61,851 nucleotides of DNA from Rhina ancylostomus (lineage: Eukaryota). The notes under the pieces are model-generated. The model ran no database searches and was not told where the DNA came from. It saw only the letters and a list, made by a program, of their open reading frames with translations. The position numbers and the translations under genes are program-made. Below are positions 39,231 through 53,239 of this stretch, in pieces (position 1 is the first letter of the stretch; each line of letters starts with the position of its first letter). The DNA lies in the NCBI GenBank assembly GCA_030265395.1, contig JARFYF010000052.1, positions 123,742,484 to 123,804,334 of the forward strand, read 5' to 3'.

Positions 39231-42058
39231 ACAAGCCTTGGTGGATAAGAGGTCCTTTGTCAGGGCTTTGGGTAATGGCATATGAATGAAATTGATTGTT
39301 CATCTGGCCTAAATGTGTCAATGATATAATAATATAAAGGAACCGGGCAAGGGCTATCATTTTTAGGCAAAGCTGGGAGAAGAATGGGGTTAAAGGGTTG
39401 CAGGTCAGTTGCTTGGAGAGCTTTTTTGTGTATGAATTAATCCAAGAATATTTATTCATTTAAAAGCATAAAACTATTTANNNNNNNNNNNNNNNNNNNN
39501 NNNNNNNNNNNNNNNNNNNNNNNNNNNNNNNNNNNNNNNNNNNNNNNNNNNNNNNNNNNNNNNNNNNNNNNNNNNNNNNNTTATTCATTTAAAAGCATAA
39601 AACTATTTATTTAATTAGATACAGTCACATATAACACATCAATTATGCACCTGAGTCAAGTAACTATAAGGAAGCAGAGTGGACATCAGCCTTCCGCCAT
39701 TATTCAAGTATATATTAGAAACCATAAAAATGAGTGTTAAGCAGTGCTATTTTAGAGGCGCACCAAATCATCACTTGACAAATGCTGAAGTAAACTCATC
39801 TATTTCTGATGGTTACGAGCAGTAAACATAAGCAACTAGCTACCTGCCAATCTCAGTCAAAATAAGCATATCATCAGTCAACAGGCAATGAACTGAATTG
39901 GAACCTTTTTTAAATCAATTTACGAGTTGATCGGAGGTTAATTAATCACTAGTTCATTTACTTTTAAAGTTAACAGCTATTGAGAATTTTGATCACTTTA
40001 ATCAATTGCTAGTGAAATGACTTTACATTTGTTAAGTGGGTAGTTCTGCACCAAATCATTTTTTATTAATGGCTTTGGATTTTGCCTTATCAAGAACATA
40101 ACTAATCAGTAATTTTCAATGAGGCTTTGAAATCATTCATGAACCAAATCAGAAACTTTGCAGACCAGCCAAATTTGATATTTAACAAATATAAACCAGT
40201 GTTTCATTCTTTACTGAGAGTTGGGAATCGCAGTTGGTGCGACAGAAGTGCAATGCTTTCAAGTTTGTGATACAACACACAATTTAATGAAGAATCCTGT
40301 GCTGTAGCAGGGACAGTCAGCAACACAGATGACATTTCAAAAGATGGTGCTGATACCTTATTGNNNNNNNNNNNNNNNNNNNNNNNNNNNNNNNNNNNNN
40401 NNNNNNNNNNNNNNNNNNNNNNNNNNNNNNNNNNNNNNNNNNNNNNNNNNNNNNNNNNNNNNNATTGCCAGTGCCAATGATGGACCGGATGTCTGTAAGG
40501 AAATGTGGGTGAGTCCCTGTGGAAGCTCTTGTGCCCAGGTTAAGAAAACGTGCCTGATCAAATTCCCCAATCTGTACTTTTATCTTGCTTCTACCCACTT
40601 TCAATAGTCTTCTGCTTCACAATGCCTCAGTCTGAATTATGGTATTCCTCCACACAGCATTTCTCTTTATCATCACAGCTGCTTGCAAGATTTTTGCTAT
40701 ATTCTGTTGGATTTCCCTGTGCTACTGACAAATTCTCATTTTCCCTGTTGCTACACTTGTGGTTTTCTAAATTCCCCCTTTCACCCAAGTATTGGCGTGT
40801 CTCTATTTTGTATTTCTTGGCAGTAAATTTCCACTCTCACCAGCTACTGAAAGATAATCTTCATTTTTTTTAGGTTGTGCGATGCTTGTTAAATCATTTT
40901 AAAGTGAAAGATATCTTGGGATTTAAATAAAAAGGGTCATTGTATGTAGTTGATATGTGAATTACATGGTTCCACATTATCTTGATAGCCTTTGTTATGA
41001 AAATTATAATATGTCTTGATTAGTGGTGTATTCCTCCATGGTTAGTGGTCATGTGAAATGAAAATAAGTTTTAAAACTAATTTACTACTAAATCCCTCGG
41101 CTTACTCTAGATGGCAGACACAGAGACACTGTGATGTCGTTACTGAATATCAGTGCTGTTGCCTCGGGTCCTGTGCACGTGCACAGTTGTCTCTATGCAT
41201 GCAATGTCATTTGAATGTCATTGTTACTGATCATGCCAAACAATAGAGCTATTTATATGGCATCATTAAACATCAGTGTTTACTTTGGTAAAGTATTAGT
41301 GAAGATCATTGAAGAATCAGCTTGTTATTGTTCCCTAAATCCTTGGGGCATGAGATGGATTTCTATTGAAAGTTCTGCATTCTTTCTGATTGATGCATGG
41401 ATTAGAATGCTTCTATTTTCATCTTTGGGACTTGGATTCATAGCCAGCCTTAATATGAAACTCTCCTTTCTTTATTGACTGTAAGAAGCCAAAATGAAAT
41501 GAGTTTTCAAACTCCCAGCCAAAATTGTGCCGAGCAGCTGAATAACGTACAGACAATGCTTATCTGGAAATTACTTGTAGAGTGCCAAAGAAATATTATA
41601 AAAAATATCTAAATGAGTCAGTGGGTTAGGATTTTTACATTTCAAAATGCAGCAGATAAGCGTTATGGTGGGTGTTAATCCTTTTAGGGAGTAAAAGCCA
41701 AAATCTATAGCATTATTAAAACAATTATATATAAAATGCTATGGTGTCAATAACATGACGATTGACACCCATGACAATGATGTACCTTGTACACTGGCTT
41801 CCCAGAGCTACAGTTAATAAGGGTCAATATCTGCCTTTGGAATTGACATAATATATAGGCAGAGATTGATAATCTAACAGAAAAATGCCTCAATGCATGG
41901 ATCTGTGAACCAGTTAAGCCTTAATTTTTTTAATGTTTACTCAAATCAGGTCAAGTTGAATATTGCAAATAAGCAGCCAAAAAAACTTATTGCAACAACT
42001 TCCATTAAAGTGGGGCTACAACTGTTACGGACTAGGACTATTAGTGAGGTTCCTTTTA

Positions 42059-42061
<3 letters not shown>

Positions 42062-42106
<45 letters not shown>
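42062..42106. repeat. (TG)n microsatellite, about 22 units, running into a gap
   Basis: Direct reading of the sequence. Confidence 0.95.
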
Positions 42107-44414
42107 NNNNNNNNNNNNNNNNNNNNNNNNNNNNNNNNNNNNNNNNNNNNNNNNNNNNNNNNNNNNNNNNNNNNNNNNNNNNNNNNNNNNNNNNNNNNNN
42201 NNNNNNTATTATCATAAGTAGTTATTAATCCAGAAGATTTTAACACTTATACATGTCTTGGTGTGTTTCTTTTGTTGCTGGTACGTAACACAACTGTTTA
42301 AAATAAAACAAAACACTACATAGCACCATATAGAAATAAAACCAAAATGGCCTTGACATTTTGAGATAATTTTTTTAAAGAGAGATGGAGGCATTTTATA
42401 TGGTTTGGAAAGGATTTCCATGGGCCCATGCAACTGAAGGCTGTGCTGTCAATGTTTTTCAGATGCTCTGAAAGATATCAGAACAGCAGAGATTAAAGAA
42501 CTTGAAGAATATTAGGTGCCAAGTTGACTATGGTCATGAAGGAATTTAGAAATAAGAATTTTATATTTAAGGTGCTGGTGACAACAAACTGTCAAAGTAG
42601 ATTGGCAAACACCAGGAGTGATTGGAAATCAAAACTTACCAGTAGAGAGGATATGTGTCAGAGTATTCGGGCAGATGGTGTTTATGGAAGGTAAACAATT
42701 GGAAGCAGGTAAAGAAAGTACTGGAGTAAGTTGATTCTACAGGTGATGAAGGCATGTACAAGAATTTCAACAACTGAAGGACTGAAGGAAAATCGGAAGA
42801 TTTTGATGTTATGGAAATTAGTTCTTTGTTGGAGAATATTGGGGCTGAACAGAGCATATAAACTGCTGGTTCAACCTGAGAAGATGGCCAGGCACAGGGA
42901 TAGAATTTGTAGCAGGAGCCAAATAAAATGGACTTCCATTTTTGAGTTGAAAAAAATGAATTGTACAAAATGTTTTTGCAAAACAGTACAAATGTAAACT
43001 AGTTTGTGAGTAATGGTGAAGAGGTAAAGTTGAACATCTTTTTAATTTAAATGTATAGCAATATAAAGCTCATTACAAATGTATTTGCAATTATAAAATT
43101 ATAAAGATAAGTATTAATTTTTATGTTATAGTTTCAAAAGAACGTGTGAGCATCCAAACCCAAATTCAAGAGATTAGAATGAAGATCAGCAGATGCTCAT
43201 GTAACTGGCTGTAGATTGTTCAGCACTGAATGAATATATATGGAAGAGTAATTCCAGTTATTCGGCTCTGTAATTTTCCCCTCCAGTAAGTAATAAACTG
43301 GCCTGCATTCAGTTTCTATATGTCTCAGTTGAGATAACATTATTCACTATTTAGTGAACCATGGATAAAAAAAAAGCATCCTGAAGTACAAAGCACCATG
43401 AATTATAGTTAAATTATGGTACATTACTATACCTCTCAATCCCAAAATGAATATATTATTCAACTATTTGTTCTTTTTGCTTATTCAGCTCTCAATATAA
43501 TCTCAAACTGGATAATAGTCGTGATGTTTCAGAAGACATTTTCAATGTCATTAAGTGAACTTTGCTTGGTGAGATTAACAGCTTCATGTTAGATATCAAT
43601 ATAAGATTATCTCTAAATTAGTCCTTTTTTTCTAGTTTATCTGAATGCATGATTAGCTTCAATATGGAAGGAAACATTATTGGCCAAATTACTACTAAGA
43701 AGAAACTATGTTAACAGGTGTGCAATTTGAAGTATGATTTATTTACAAATGTACCATTATTAACTAGAGAACAAAAGCACAGATTATTACAGAATGTTGT
43801 GTGACTGTAACAACCCTTAATGCATCAGTTATTCAAACTTCAAATGCAAATATGTGTCACATATATAACTGTTGATTAGGAAATACAGATGGCAGATTTA
43901 CGGTGAACTTTTTAATCCTTTACAACAAGTAATTTAGCAACCTATGGGATTTAATGACCACATAAAAGAGTGAGTATGCTACATTGAGCATTACAAATAT
44001 CATGTTCCTTCATTAGAACCATCCTTAATAGTTTTGAGTAAGAACATTTTATGTAAACTGAGTATAAATAAGATCAGTCTCAAAGCAGGCACAGAGAATT
44101 ACAAAGTACTAAATAGATGCATCAGCCAAATTTCTGAGACAGCTCAAAAACATTATCCAGAATTAAATGAACTGATATTTGGAAAAATCAAGGTTAATAA
44201 ATTGCAACCAGCATGGACTTCTTAAAGGTAAATAGATAATTTGCTTGACTTATTTGAAGTAACTGCAGTAGGAGGGGGTTGGAGGGTGGGATAGCAGGGC
44301 TTGAGGAAGGGTTTGGGAATAATTAAGTTGATAGGTGCATGAGCTTTCAAAAGATGTTTAATAAGAACTTCATAAACACTTATTGGCAAAATCGAAATGC
44401 ATAGCATTGAGAAG

Positions 44415-44600
44415 GAAATAGAATCAAAAATTCATAGAGTAATACAGCACGGAAACAGCCCCATCTGCCCAATTCATCACAACAATGAAGTTGCCTGCCT
44501 GAGCTAATTCTCTCTTCCTGCATTTGGCCCAGATCCCTCTGAACCTTTCCTATTCATGTACCTGGACAAATGTATTTTAAACACTGTAATTGTACCTGTG
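44415..44600 (-). mobile_element. CR1 3' tail fragment
   Basis: catagagtaatacagcacggaaacagcc...cctgcatttggcccagatccctc. Confidence 0.65.
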
Positions 44601-45186
44601 TATATCTTGATCTGGTTTAACTTCCTCAAATGCATCACTGTATCATGATTCTGAGAATGGTTAAGGGATTGCATTCAGAATTGTGGGAAGAATGCAAATG
44701 ACTTCTTGGGTCTCTTTTATAACCTATTAGCAAAGACTCATTCTCAAGCAAAACTTAATACCTACTCCACCAAAAAAGATTTCAATTGTATTCATTTCAT
44801 TTGGAAGTCGTGGAGTCATACAACACAGAAACAAGTCCTTTGGCCCAGCATGTCAATGCTGATGTCATATGCCCATGTGCCATTTTTAAAAAGGCTTTTG
44901 TACTTGGGCAAAATCTTGATCTGTCCTGCCAACAATCATGGATTTGTGGTAATGAAGCATTGATACCTTTTAAATCAGGTGAACAGTTAAGTGGAATCGC
45001 CAATCTTTTACTTGAACCACAATTAATCCTGAAGGAAATAAGTTGACCTATAGTAGAGTGTTAGCTTTTACAAACATTACAGCTAAGGGAGGGTTTTACT
45101 ATGAAGTGCTGGCCACACTACTATGTTTTTGATGATAGTTTGTGACAAAATGACAGGTTACTCTTTGGCATAATTCTATTACGCAC

Positions 45187-45430
45187 ATAGAACCATAGAA
45201 CACTACAGCACAGAAAACAGGCCATTCAGCCCTTCTAGTCTGTGCTGAAACTTTTTTCCACTAGTCCCATTGACCTGCACCCAGTCCACAACTCTCCAGA
45301 CCTTTCCTATCCCTGTATCTATCCAGTTATTCTTAAAACTTAAGAGTGAGCCCACATTTACCACGTCAGATGGCATATTGTTCCACACTCCCACCACTCT
45401 CTGAGTAAAGAAGTTTCCCCCTAAAGTTCC
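45187..45430 (-). mobile_element. CR1 (HER1-like) 3' end
   Basis: Tail catagaaccatagaac; VVGVWNNMPSDVV...SFK. Confidence 0.85.
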
Positions 45431-45649
45431 TACCCTTGGTCACCCTGCAGCCACACCTCTGAAATGGCGATCAGATTATTCCCATTTATTTCTGTTTGTG
45501 CCATCAATTCATCAATATTGTGCCCATTGCATGCACTTAGATAAAGAGCTTAAAGTTTTGTCATTTTACCATTTTTTTCTAATTCTGACCCTATTTTCAG
45601 GTGTACTAATGTTTGTATACTTATGCCTTCTTTGAAGACATTGGTAACT

Positions 45650-46780
45650 TGGTTTATTATTGTCATATGTACCAAGGTACAGTGAAAAACTTGTTTTGCA
45701 TACCATTCATACAGATCAATTCATTACAACAGTGCATTGAGCTAGTACTAGATTAAACAATAACAGAATGCAGAATAAAGTGTTACCATTATGAAGAAAG
45801 TGCAGTGCAGGTAGACAATAAGGTGCAAGGTCATAACAAGGTGGATTGTGAGGTTAAGAGTCTCTCTTATCGTCCTAGGAAACCATTCAGTAGTCTTATA
45901 TCAGTGGGATAGAAGCTGTCCTTGAGCCTGGTGCTACATGCTTTCAGGCTTTTGTATATTCTACCTGATGGGAGGGAGGAGAAGAGCGAATGTCCAGGGT
46001 GGGTGGGGTCTTTGGTTATGTTGGCTGCTTTACCAAGGTAGTGAGAAGCGTAAACTGAGTCCGTGGAGAGGAAACTGGTTTCCGTGATGTGCTGAGTTGT
46101 GTCCACAACTCTGCAGTTTCTTGCGGTCACAGGCAGAGCAGTTGCCTACCAAGCCATGATGCATCCGGATAGGATGCTTTCCATGGTGCACGGATAAAAA
46201 TTGGTGAGGGTTGACAGGGACATGCCAAATTTCTTTAGCCTCCTGAGGAAGTAGAGGCGCTGGTGAGGTTCACTCTGAGGAACGAAGCTCTCAACCCTCT
46301 TGACCTCCACGCCGTTGATGAAAACAGGAGCATGTGTACTGCCCCCTTCCTGAAGTCAATGACCAGCTCTTTTTTGTTGACATTGAGAGAAAGATTGTTG
46401 TCATGACCCCATGTTACTAAGCTATCTATCTCCTTGCTGTACTCTGACTCATGGTTATTTGAGGTACAGCCCACTATGGTGCTATCATCTGCAAACTTGT
46501 AGNNNNNNNNNNNNNNNNNNNNNNNNNNNNNNNNNNNNNNNNNNNNNNNNNNNNNNNNNNNNNNNNNNNNNNNNNNNNNNNNNNNNNNNNNNNNNNNNNN
46601 NNCTCTGACTCATGGTTATTTGAGGTACAGCCCACTATGGTGCTATCATCTGCAAACTTGTAGATAGAGTTATAGCAGAATCTGGCCACACAGTTGTGAG
46701 TGTATAGGGAGTAGAGTAGGGGGCTGAGGATACAGCTTTGTAGGGCACCAGTGCTGAGAATAATCGTGGCAGATGTGTTG
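45650..46780 (-). mobile_element. Rex1/Babar LINE RT-to-3' fragment
   Basis: KFADDSTIVG, NNLSLNVNKKELVIDFRK, FSSLPSGRIYKSL...RLKDSFYP. Confidence 0.9.
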
Positions 46781-46789
46781 CTGCTGATT

Positions 46790-47930
46790 GAAGAAGTAAC
46801 ATGTCCTGTGGATAAATGGGAACCAGCAGATGTACAATATTTATATTTCCATAAAACATTTGATAAGGTGCTGCACCAAAGGTTATTGTGGAAAATAAAA
46901 GCTCATGGTACAGTAAGTAAAATATTGGTGTGGATAGAAGATCATCTGGCTGACCGGAACCACAATAGGCAAAATGGGTCTTTTTCTGGGAAGGTGTGGT
47001 TTGCCACAGGGATTGATGTTGGGACCTCAACTTTTTACAATTTATTGAAATGACTTAGATGAAGACACATGAAGTGTGATTGCTAAATGTACTGAGTTAG
47101 CTGTGAAGATGGATTACGTGAGTGGGCAAAAATCTAACAAATGGATAACAATGTGGGAAAACGTGAAACTGTTTATTTTGGCAGGAAAAATAAAGAAGCA
47201 TATTATGGCGAGAGATTACAGAGTCTTGAGATGCCAAAGGATCTGAATGTTCTAATGCATGATTCACAAAGGCTAGTTTGCAGATATGGCTAAGTAATTT
47301 GGAAAGCTAACAGATGACTATTGTTTATTGCTAGGGTAATTGAATATAAAAATATGTAGATTGTGCATCAACTATATTAGTGTGGCCCATCTGAATTATT
47401 GTAAATTGTATTCATCTCCTAGTTTAAGAATGGATGTTAATGCATTGGATGTAGTTCAGAGAAATTTTATTAGACTGATACCGGGTATGGGTGGGCTTCC
47501 TGTGAGGAAAAAGTTGGATAGGATGGGCTAGTATCTGCTGGAGGTCAGAAGAGTGAGAGGTAACTTGACTGAACCATATGAGGTCCTGAAGGGTGTTGAC
47601 AGAGTGGATGTGAAGAGGATGTTTCCTTTTGTGGGAGAATCTAAAACTAGGGATCACTATTTAAAAATAAGGGGTTGTCTATTTCAGACAGAGTTGAGGT
47701 AATTTTTTTTAATTCTCAAAGCTTGTGAATCTGGAATTTATTCTTCAACTGGTGGAAGCAGTGTCTTTGAATATTTTTAAGGTCAAGGAAGATGGATGCT
47801 TGATAAGCAAAGGGGTGAAGGATTATCACTGGTTAGCAGGAATGTTAAATTGAGATTACAGTCAGATCAGCTGATCTTATGTAACGCTGGAGCAGGTTTG
47901 AGGGGCTGAGTGGCCAACTGCTCCTAATTT
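46790..47930 (+). mobile_element. CR1 LINE RT-to-3' fragment
   Basis: YFHKTFDKVLHQRLLWKIKAHG...ILVWIE; ALDVVQRNFIRLIPGMGGL; tail ggctgagtggcc...gctcctaattt. Confidence 0.88.
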
Positions 47931-49842
47931 GAATGCCATTTAACTTATTTTGACTAACAACTTGCCTTTTTTTGACTTTCGAATTTCCCTTCACCCGAAC
48001 CCTCTCCTCCCCACCCCACTCCACTGACCAAGCATATAATTTAAAGTACTATCTTCTACCCTAGGAGTACCATTGCCAGAAGGACAGCAACGATTCAGTA
48101 AGAATGGCTCACTACAACCTTCTCAAGTGCCCATTACTGATGGAAGATAAATGGAAACACACGAGACTGCAGATGCTGCAGTCTGGAGCAACAAACAATC
48201 TGCTGGCGGAAATCAGTGGGTTAAACAGATGCAGGGTTTTGACCTAAAACATGAACATTTCTCCGACCCCCGCCCCACTCCCCAATGCTGCTCTTCCAGC
48301 AGATTGTTTGTTAATCAGCTCTTCCAGCAGATTGTTTGTTGCATTGAAAATAAAAGCTGGCTCAGATCCTGAAAATTGAATAAAATAAAACAATACAAAG
48401 AGCTCTCCTTACTAATTGGCCCCATGCTTCCCACTTAAAACACTGAGTGATTGGTACTGTGCTGGTGAAACTCTAATCACATTTGTAAACTCTAATTATG
48501 GATGTAAACTTTTTATTTGTCTTGGCATCAGACTTGACTTAAGCACATTGTTCTATGTTATCATACTAAACAGAGATTTGATCCATGTTGCAATATTAAT
48601 CAGTTTAGTGCCTAATCTTGCAGTGATGGGTTAGTGCATAGTAAAAGCAATCCAGTAATTGGGCATTTTAGATTGTTATGCCTGGAAGCAAAGCAAGTAA
48701 CTGAAAATTGTAAATTGGTATTATCAAGATGAACAGATAATGATTAACCAAGTTGCAAACACTTAGGAAAAATGCACGTCTCATGTAATATGTTTAACAG
48801 GTATATTTAAAAAAAATATGTAAACTCATATTTCTAGTGTAATGTCAAAATTAAGTGTGTTTTCCTGTTCACAAATCAATTTTCACTTAATATAGTAGGT
48901 CAACCAAGTTACAAAAAAACTTCATAAATGAAGAGCTTCATAACTTCATAAATAGAAATGTAAAAAAAAATGAGTTACTTACTACAAATGGTATATAGCA
49001 ATTTTTGGACTCTGATGTACAATGTATCCCCATGTAGTATATAGCCTGAAGAATGTCATGAATGATAAGACCATAACCTAAGAGAACATTTATGAGTTTA
49101 TCAATGTGGACAAGAGCTGTGAAAAGTATTCTGAAATGATCACTCAGAAGTGTTTGATCAAAAAGTGGCAAACTGTGTGCAATAAGCAACTAAGGTGAAG
49201 TGAGGTACATTTGGATGCAAGCCCTGGGTCATTTGCTAATAGTCAGCTGGGTCAGAAGGATTTGGGTTCAAGTTCCATGCAAGAGACTTGAACAGAAAAT
49301 TATTTATTTTTACCTGTGAATTATTGAAAATCTTTTGAGATTAATTATAAATGACTGAATGTTTTCAAAATGTTTTCTTCCTCCATTTTTGTTTGGTATT
49401 TTCCCATCTGATACAGTATTTATCTACTGTGAAACAATTTTCTCTAATTGTAGCCAAATTTGTGAAAAATACCTTCCCGTATTTTTAAAAATAAACATGA
49501 ATGTTAATTGATTGTGATGGCATGCAGAGTCTGGAATGGAAAACAACATTCATTGCATGAGATTATCTTACTTACAAATCCACAAATGAGCACAAAAGCA
49601 CACAATAGATTTAAAGAAATGGTTTAACAAAACACAATGGATGGAAATTTGATAAATTTGAGTAGACTTCTCATTTTGCAATCCCAACACCACCTCCACC
49701 TCCACCCTAAACTCCACCCCTCCCTCAGCCAACCCTGCATCCAAGAATTGTTGATAATGTATCGAAAGGAAAGGGGAAAGAGGTGATCCAAGAGACTGCA
49801 GATGCTGGAAACTACAACATGACATCCCAGCTCTTGAAGGCT

Positions 49843-50228
49843 TTTTCTTTTTCAATCTTTTTATTAGTTTCCAAATTAATACAGATTAATATATAACATC
49901 AATGGTTGTACATGTAATACAAAGAGATCAAGAGAACAATCATGACATAGATAATCATAAAAAAAAAGATATAAAAAAACTCTAGATCTCACAAGCTCTT
50001 AGTAGATGAATATAATATAAAAGAGAAGATAAAGATTTATTGTATNNNNNNNNNNTCAATAAAAAAAATTGTAAATAATATAACAGACTAAACTATAAAG
50101 ACATTTTTTTTTAAAAAGAAAAAGACATTTTTCAATAAAAACAGAGCAATATTATGTCGTCAACTCCGTTCCTCTAAATTGAAAAGTTATTGAAACGCTA
50201 TATCATATGAAAGTATTGAATAAATGGA
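49843..50228 (-). mobile_element. 5'-truncated L1/Tx1-type insertion with 15-bp TSD
   Basis: CAGCTCTTGAAGGCT at 49828-49842 and 50229-50243. The minus strand begins with PFIQYFHMI* (ORF2 C-terminus-like) and ends in AATAAA plus an A-rich tail. Confidence 0.75.
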
Positions 50229-51175
50229 CAGCTCTTGAAGGCTGAAAAGTCTAGAACTAGGGGTCACAGTCTCAAAGTAAAGGGTAGGCAAATAGCACAG
50301 ACACAAGGAGAAACCTCTTGTGTATGTGATAAAAAACTAAAATGTAACCTTAAATTAAACACCTATGTAAGTGCCAAAAAACAGTCAATACAGTAAAAGT
50401 GGAAATATTTTAAAAAGCTTTTGTATGTGAAGAAGTATTGGAGAAATTCTTTAAAAGACTTGTGAATTAACAATCTATGGTTAATTAATAATCCATGGAA
50501 CCTAAAACTACATTTTAATTAGAGGCCTTTCTGCTACATAATTCTCTTGCAGCCATGCTAGTGACCTCCTTCCTGATATTTCTTCTTTCAGAATGGGAAA
50601 ACCTTTCAGGCTTGCTCATTCCTGGCACAGAATTTTCTCNNNNNNNNNNNNNNNNNNNNNNNNNNNNNNNNNNNNNNNNNNNNNNNNNNNNNNNNNNNNN
50701 NNNNNNNNNNNNNNNNNNNNNNNNNNNNNNNNNNNNNNNNNNNNNNNNNNNNNNNNNNNNNNNNNNNNNNNNNNNNNNNNNNNNNNNNNNNNNNNNNNNN
50801 NNNNNNNNNNNNNNNNNNNNNNNNNNNNNNNNNNNNNNNNNNNNNNNNNNNNNNNNNNNNNNNNNNNNNNNNNNNNNNNNNNNNNNNNNNNNNNNNNNNN
50901 NNNNNNNNNNNNNNNNNNNNNNNNNNNNNNNNNNNNNNNNNNNNNNNNNNNNNNNNNNNNNNNNNNNNNNNNNNNNNNNNNNNNNNNNNNNNNNNNNNNN
51001 NNNNNNNNNNNNNNNNNNNNNNNNNNNNNNNNNNNNNNNNNNNNNNNNNNNNNNNNNNNNNNNNNNNNNNNNNNNNNNNNNNNNNNNNNNNNNNNNNNNN
51101 NNNNNNNNNNNNNNNNNNNNNNNNNNNNNNNNNNNNNNNNNNNNNNNNNNNNNNNNNNNNNNNNNNNNNNNNNNN

Positions 51176-51400
51176 CAACACTACCTGCCCCTCCACCTAT
51201 CTTTGTATCATCTGCAAACTTAGCCACAAAACCATTAATTCCGTCATCCAGATCATTAACATATAATGTGAAAAATAGCAGACCCACCACTGACCCCTGT
51301 GAAACACCACAAGTCAACAGCAGCCAACCAGAAAAGGCCCACTTTATTCCTACTAATGGCCTTCTGCTAGTCAGCTAATCCTCTATTTATGCTGTAACTT
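51176..51400 (-). mobile_element. CR1 RT fragment
   Basis: GVSQGSVVGLLFFTLYVNDLDDG...KFADDTKIGG. Confidence 0.9.
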
Positions 51401-53239
51401 TCCTGTAGCTTTGCATAAAAAATGCTGTCATAAGATCCTAGCCATAATTTGCGTTATTACTTTGCATTGATCATGACCAAATTTCATCCTATCCTCCCTG
51501 TGCCTTAATGCAGAGAAATAGCAACTGAGAACAGGAGCTTTGGCGAAATTTTCTCTCTCTCTATGCCAGAAATCATCATCAATAGAAATAGCTGCAGCAA
51601 GAACATTGCACTATTCCAGGATATTCTTTTGGAGGTCTTGCAGGGATATTTGTACCTTGAAGAGTTGCAGCATAACAATTTATAGTAGTTAATAAAAGAA
51701 TGATTACCATCTGATCTGCATGCTGGTTTTGGGAGCAAATGAGCAGATAAATAATCAGCCGGACTCTACAAGTTGCCAACATAAATGTGGTTACACCTTG
51801 CCTCGTTTTATCATTCTGTCTTACAATTCATATTAGCATCACTACACTGAAAGACCGTTGGAACATCACGGTGGAAAGTCCATGCCACTGTGGCAACAGT
51901 TCAGCTGCTTTCCATACGAGAGCTATTTTCCTTAAATTTAAGATTAGAATTTAAGAAAGCATTCAATGGAAAAAAATTAACAGGATCCCCAAGCAGGCAA
52001 TTTGCTCTGCAGATTATTGGCCAGAGACCAATGTTAATACTAAATAACCAACCAAAACCCCCTCCTTCCACCTCACATAATTCCCAATAAGCTCAAAAGG
52101 ATAGCTGACCTAAAGGTTTTTGCTGGCCTCATGCTTTTCAGTGATGTAAAGTGAATCAGTTTAGATCAATTAAAGATCTACAAATCTGAATGTGCAGACA
52201 TGATGGCAAAGGCAAAGCACTCACAGTTTTTTTGTGCTTACAGAAGCCCACAAATACTTTTCAGGCTTTTAAACTACAAAGTGAGATTCATTGAGATCAA
52301 TTTATCAATACATTATCCTCTGCAGGGACCTGGGCTGTGTATGAATGTAAGAAGCAAGCGTGCCTCTTCATCCAATCAGATTGAACGTTTCTTGCCAGGA
52401 AGTATAATTTAGAATGATTAATTGTGTAAAAGTACACAAAAAAGCTAAAATAAAGAGACTGAAAGATTGGAACGATATATAAAGTATTAATTAGAAGTTA
52501 ACAAGCATGATGCATTAGGCCTAACCTTTCTATGAGGGGAGGAGAGGGGTCATGTGGGGAAGGGGTATTTACTTGTGGAGATGGTCAAGGGGTGGTTACT
52601 CACAACTTCATATTTTTTACATGGATTTCAGTGCCAAGTTTCTCAATGAGGTACCCCCCCCCCCCCCGCCCCAGTGTGGTAGGTCATGAGAAGGAATAAG
52701 GAAAACTACCCAGTAGTTTAACCACGCATAGACTGATGTTGTCCTATTTACTTTAGGATTTACTGACAATCTTTCATTTTTAATCAAAATTAAGGACTGA
52801 TGGTGTTTCCCCTTGAATTACATATAGTTTCTATTGGTGGTAATATATTAAGATTAAATCCTTCTTTGATTACCATGAGATTCTGCAGAATATTTCCATA
52901 ATTGATACGGTAACTTGTTTATGTACTGACAAAATAGGTTTGTTAAAGGCAAACTCTAAATCCCTACAATATCCGAATGCTTATTTCAGTTTCCTCTCCT
53001 CCCCGCTCTTTTTTTCTGAGAACTATTCCCACCTTGAAGGAAACAGCTTCAGACTTCATACCAATATGATGTTCACATCATTTCTTTCACTCCTTGGAAA
53101 AATTGTTGGTTCATTTCAACACTCCCCAATGTCTCTATGGGCATGATTTTGAACCCACCGATATCTATGAATTAGTGTATAAACTTGTTAACGTATAGCA
53201 TCATGTTGATTTAACATTCATTATTCACTGTTTTAAGCT

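Noticed and set aside
39234-39310. PSE promoter making the U1-like copy a functional variant snRNA
   Set aside because: No convincing PSE at -50 to -70, and no Sm site, stem-loop IV or 3' box.
46442-46662. Direct repeats flanking 100-N gaps (also 39452-39480 and 39581-39609)
   Set aside because: Identical sequence on both sides of a scaffold gap indicates unmerged contig overlaps, an assembly artefact.
50555-51378. ORFs over 190 aa in the track (and other X-containing ORFs)
   Set aside because: They are made of N-runs; the only real peptide is a CR1 RT fragment.
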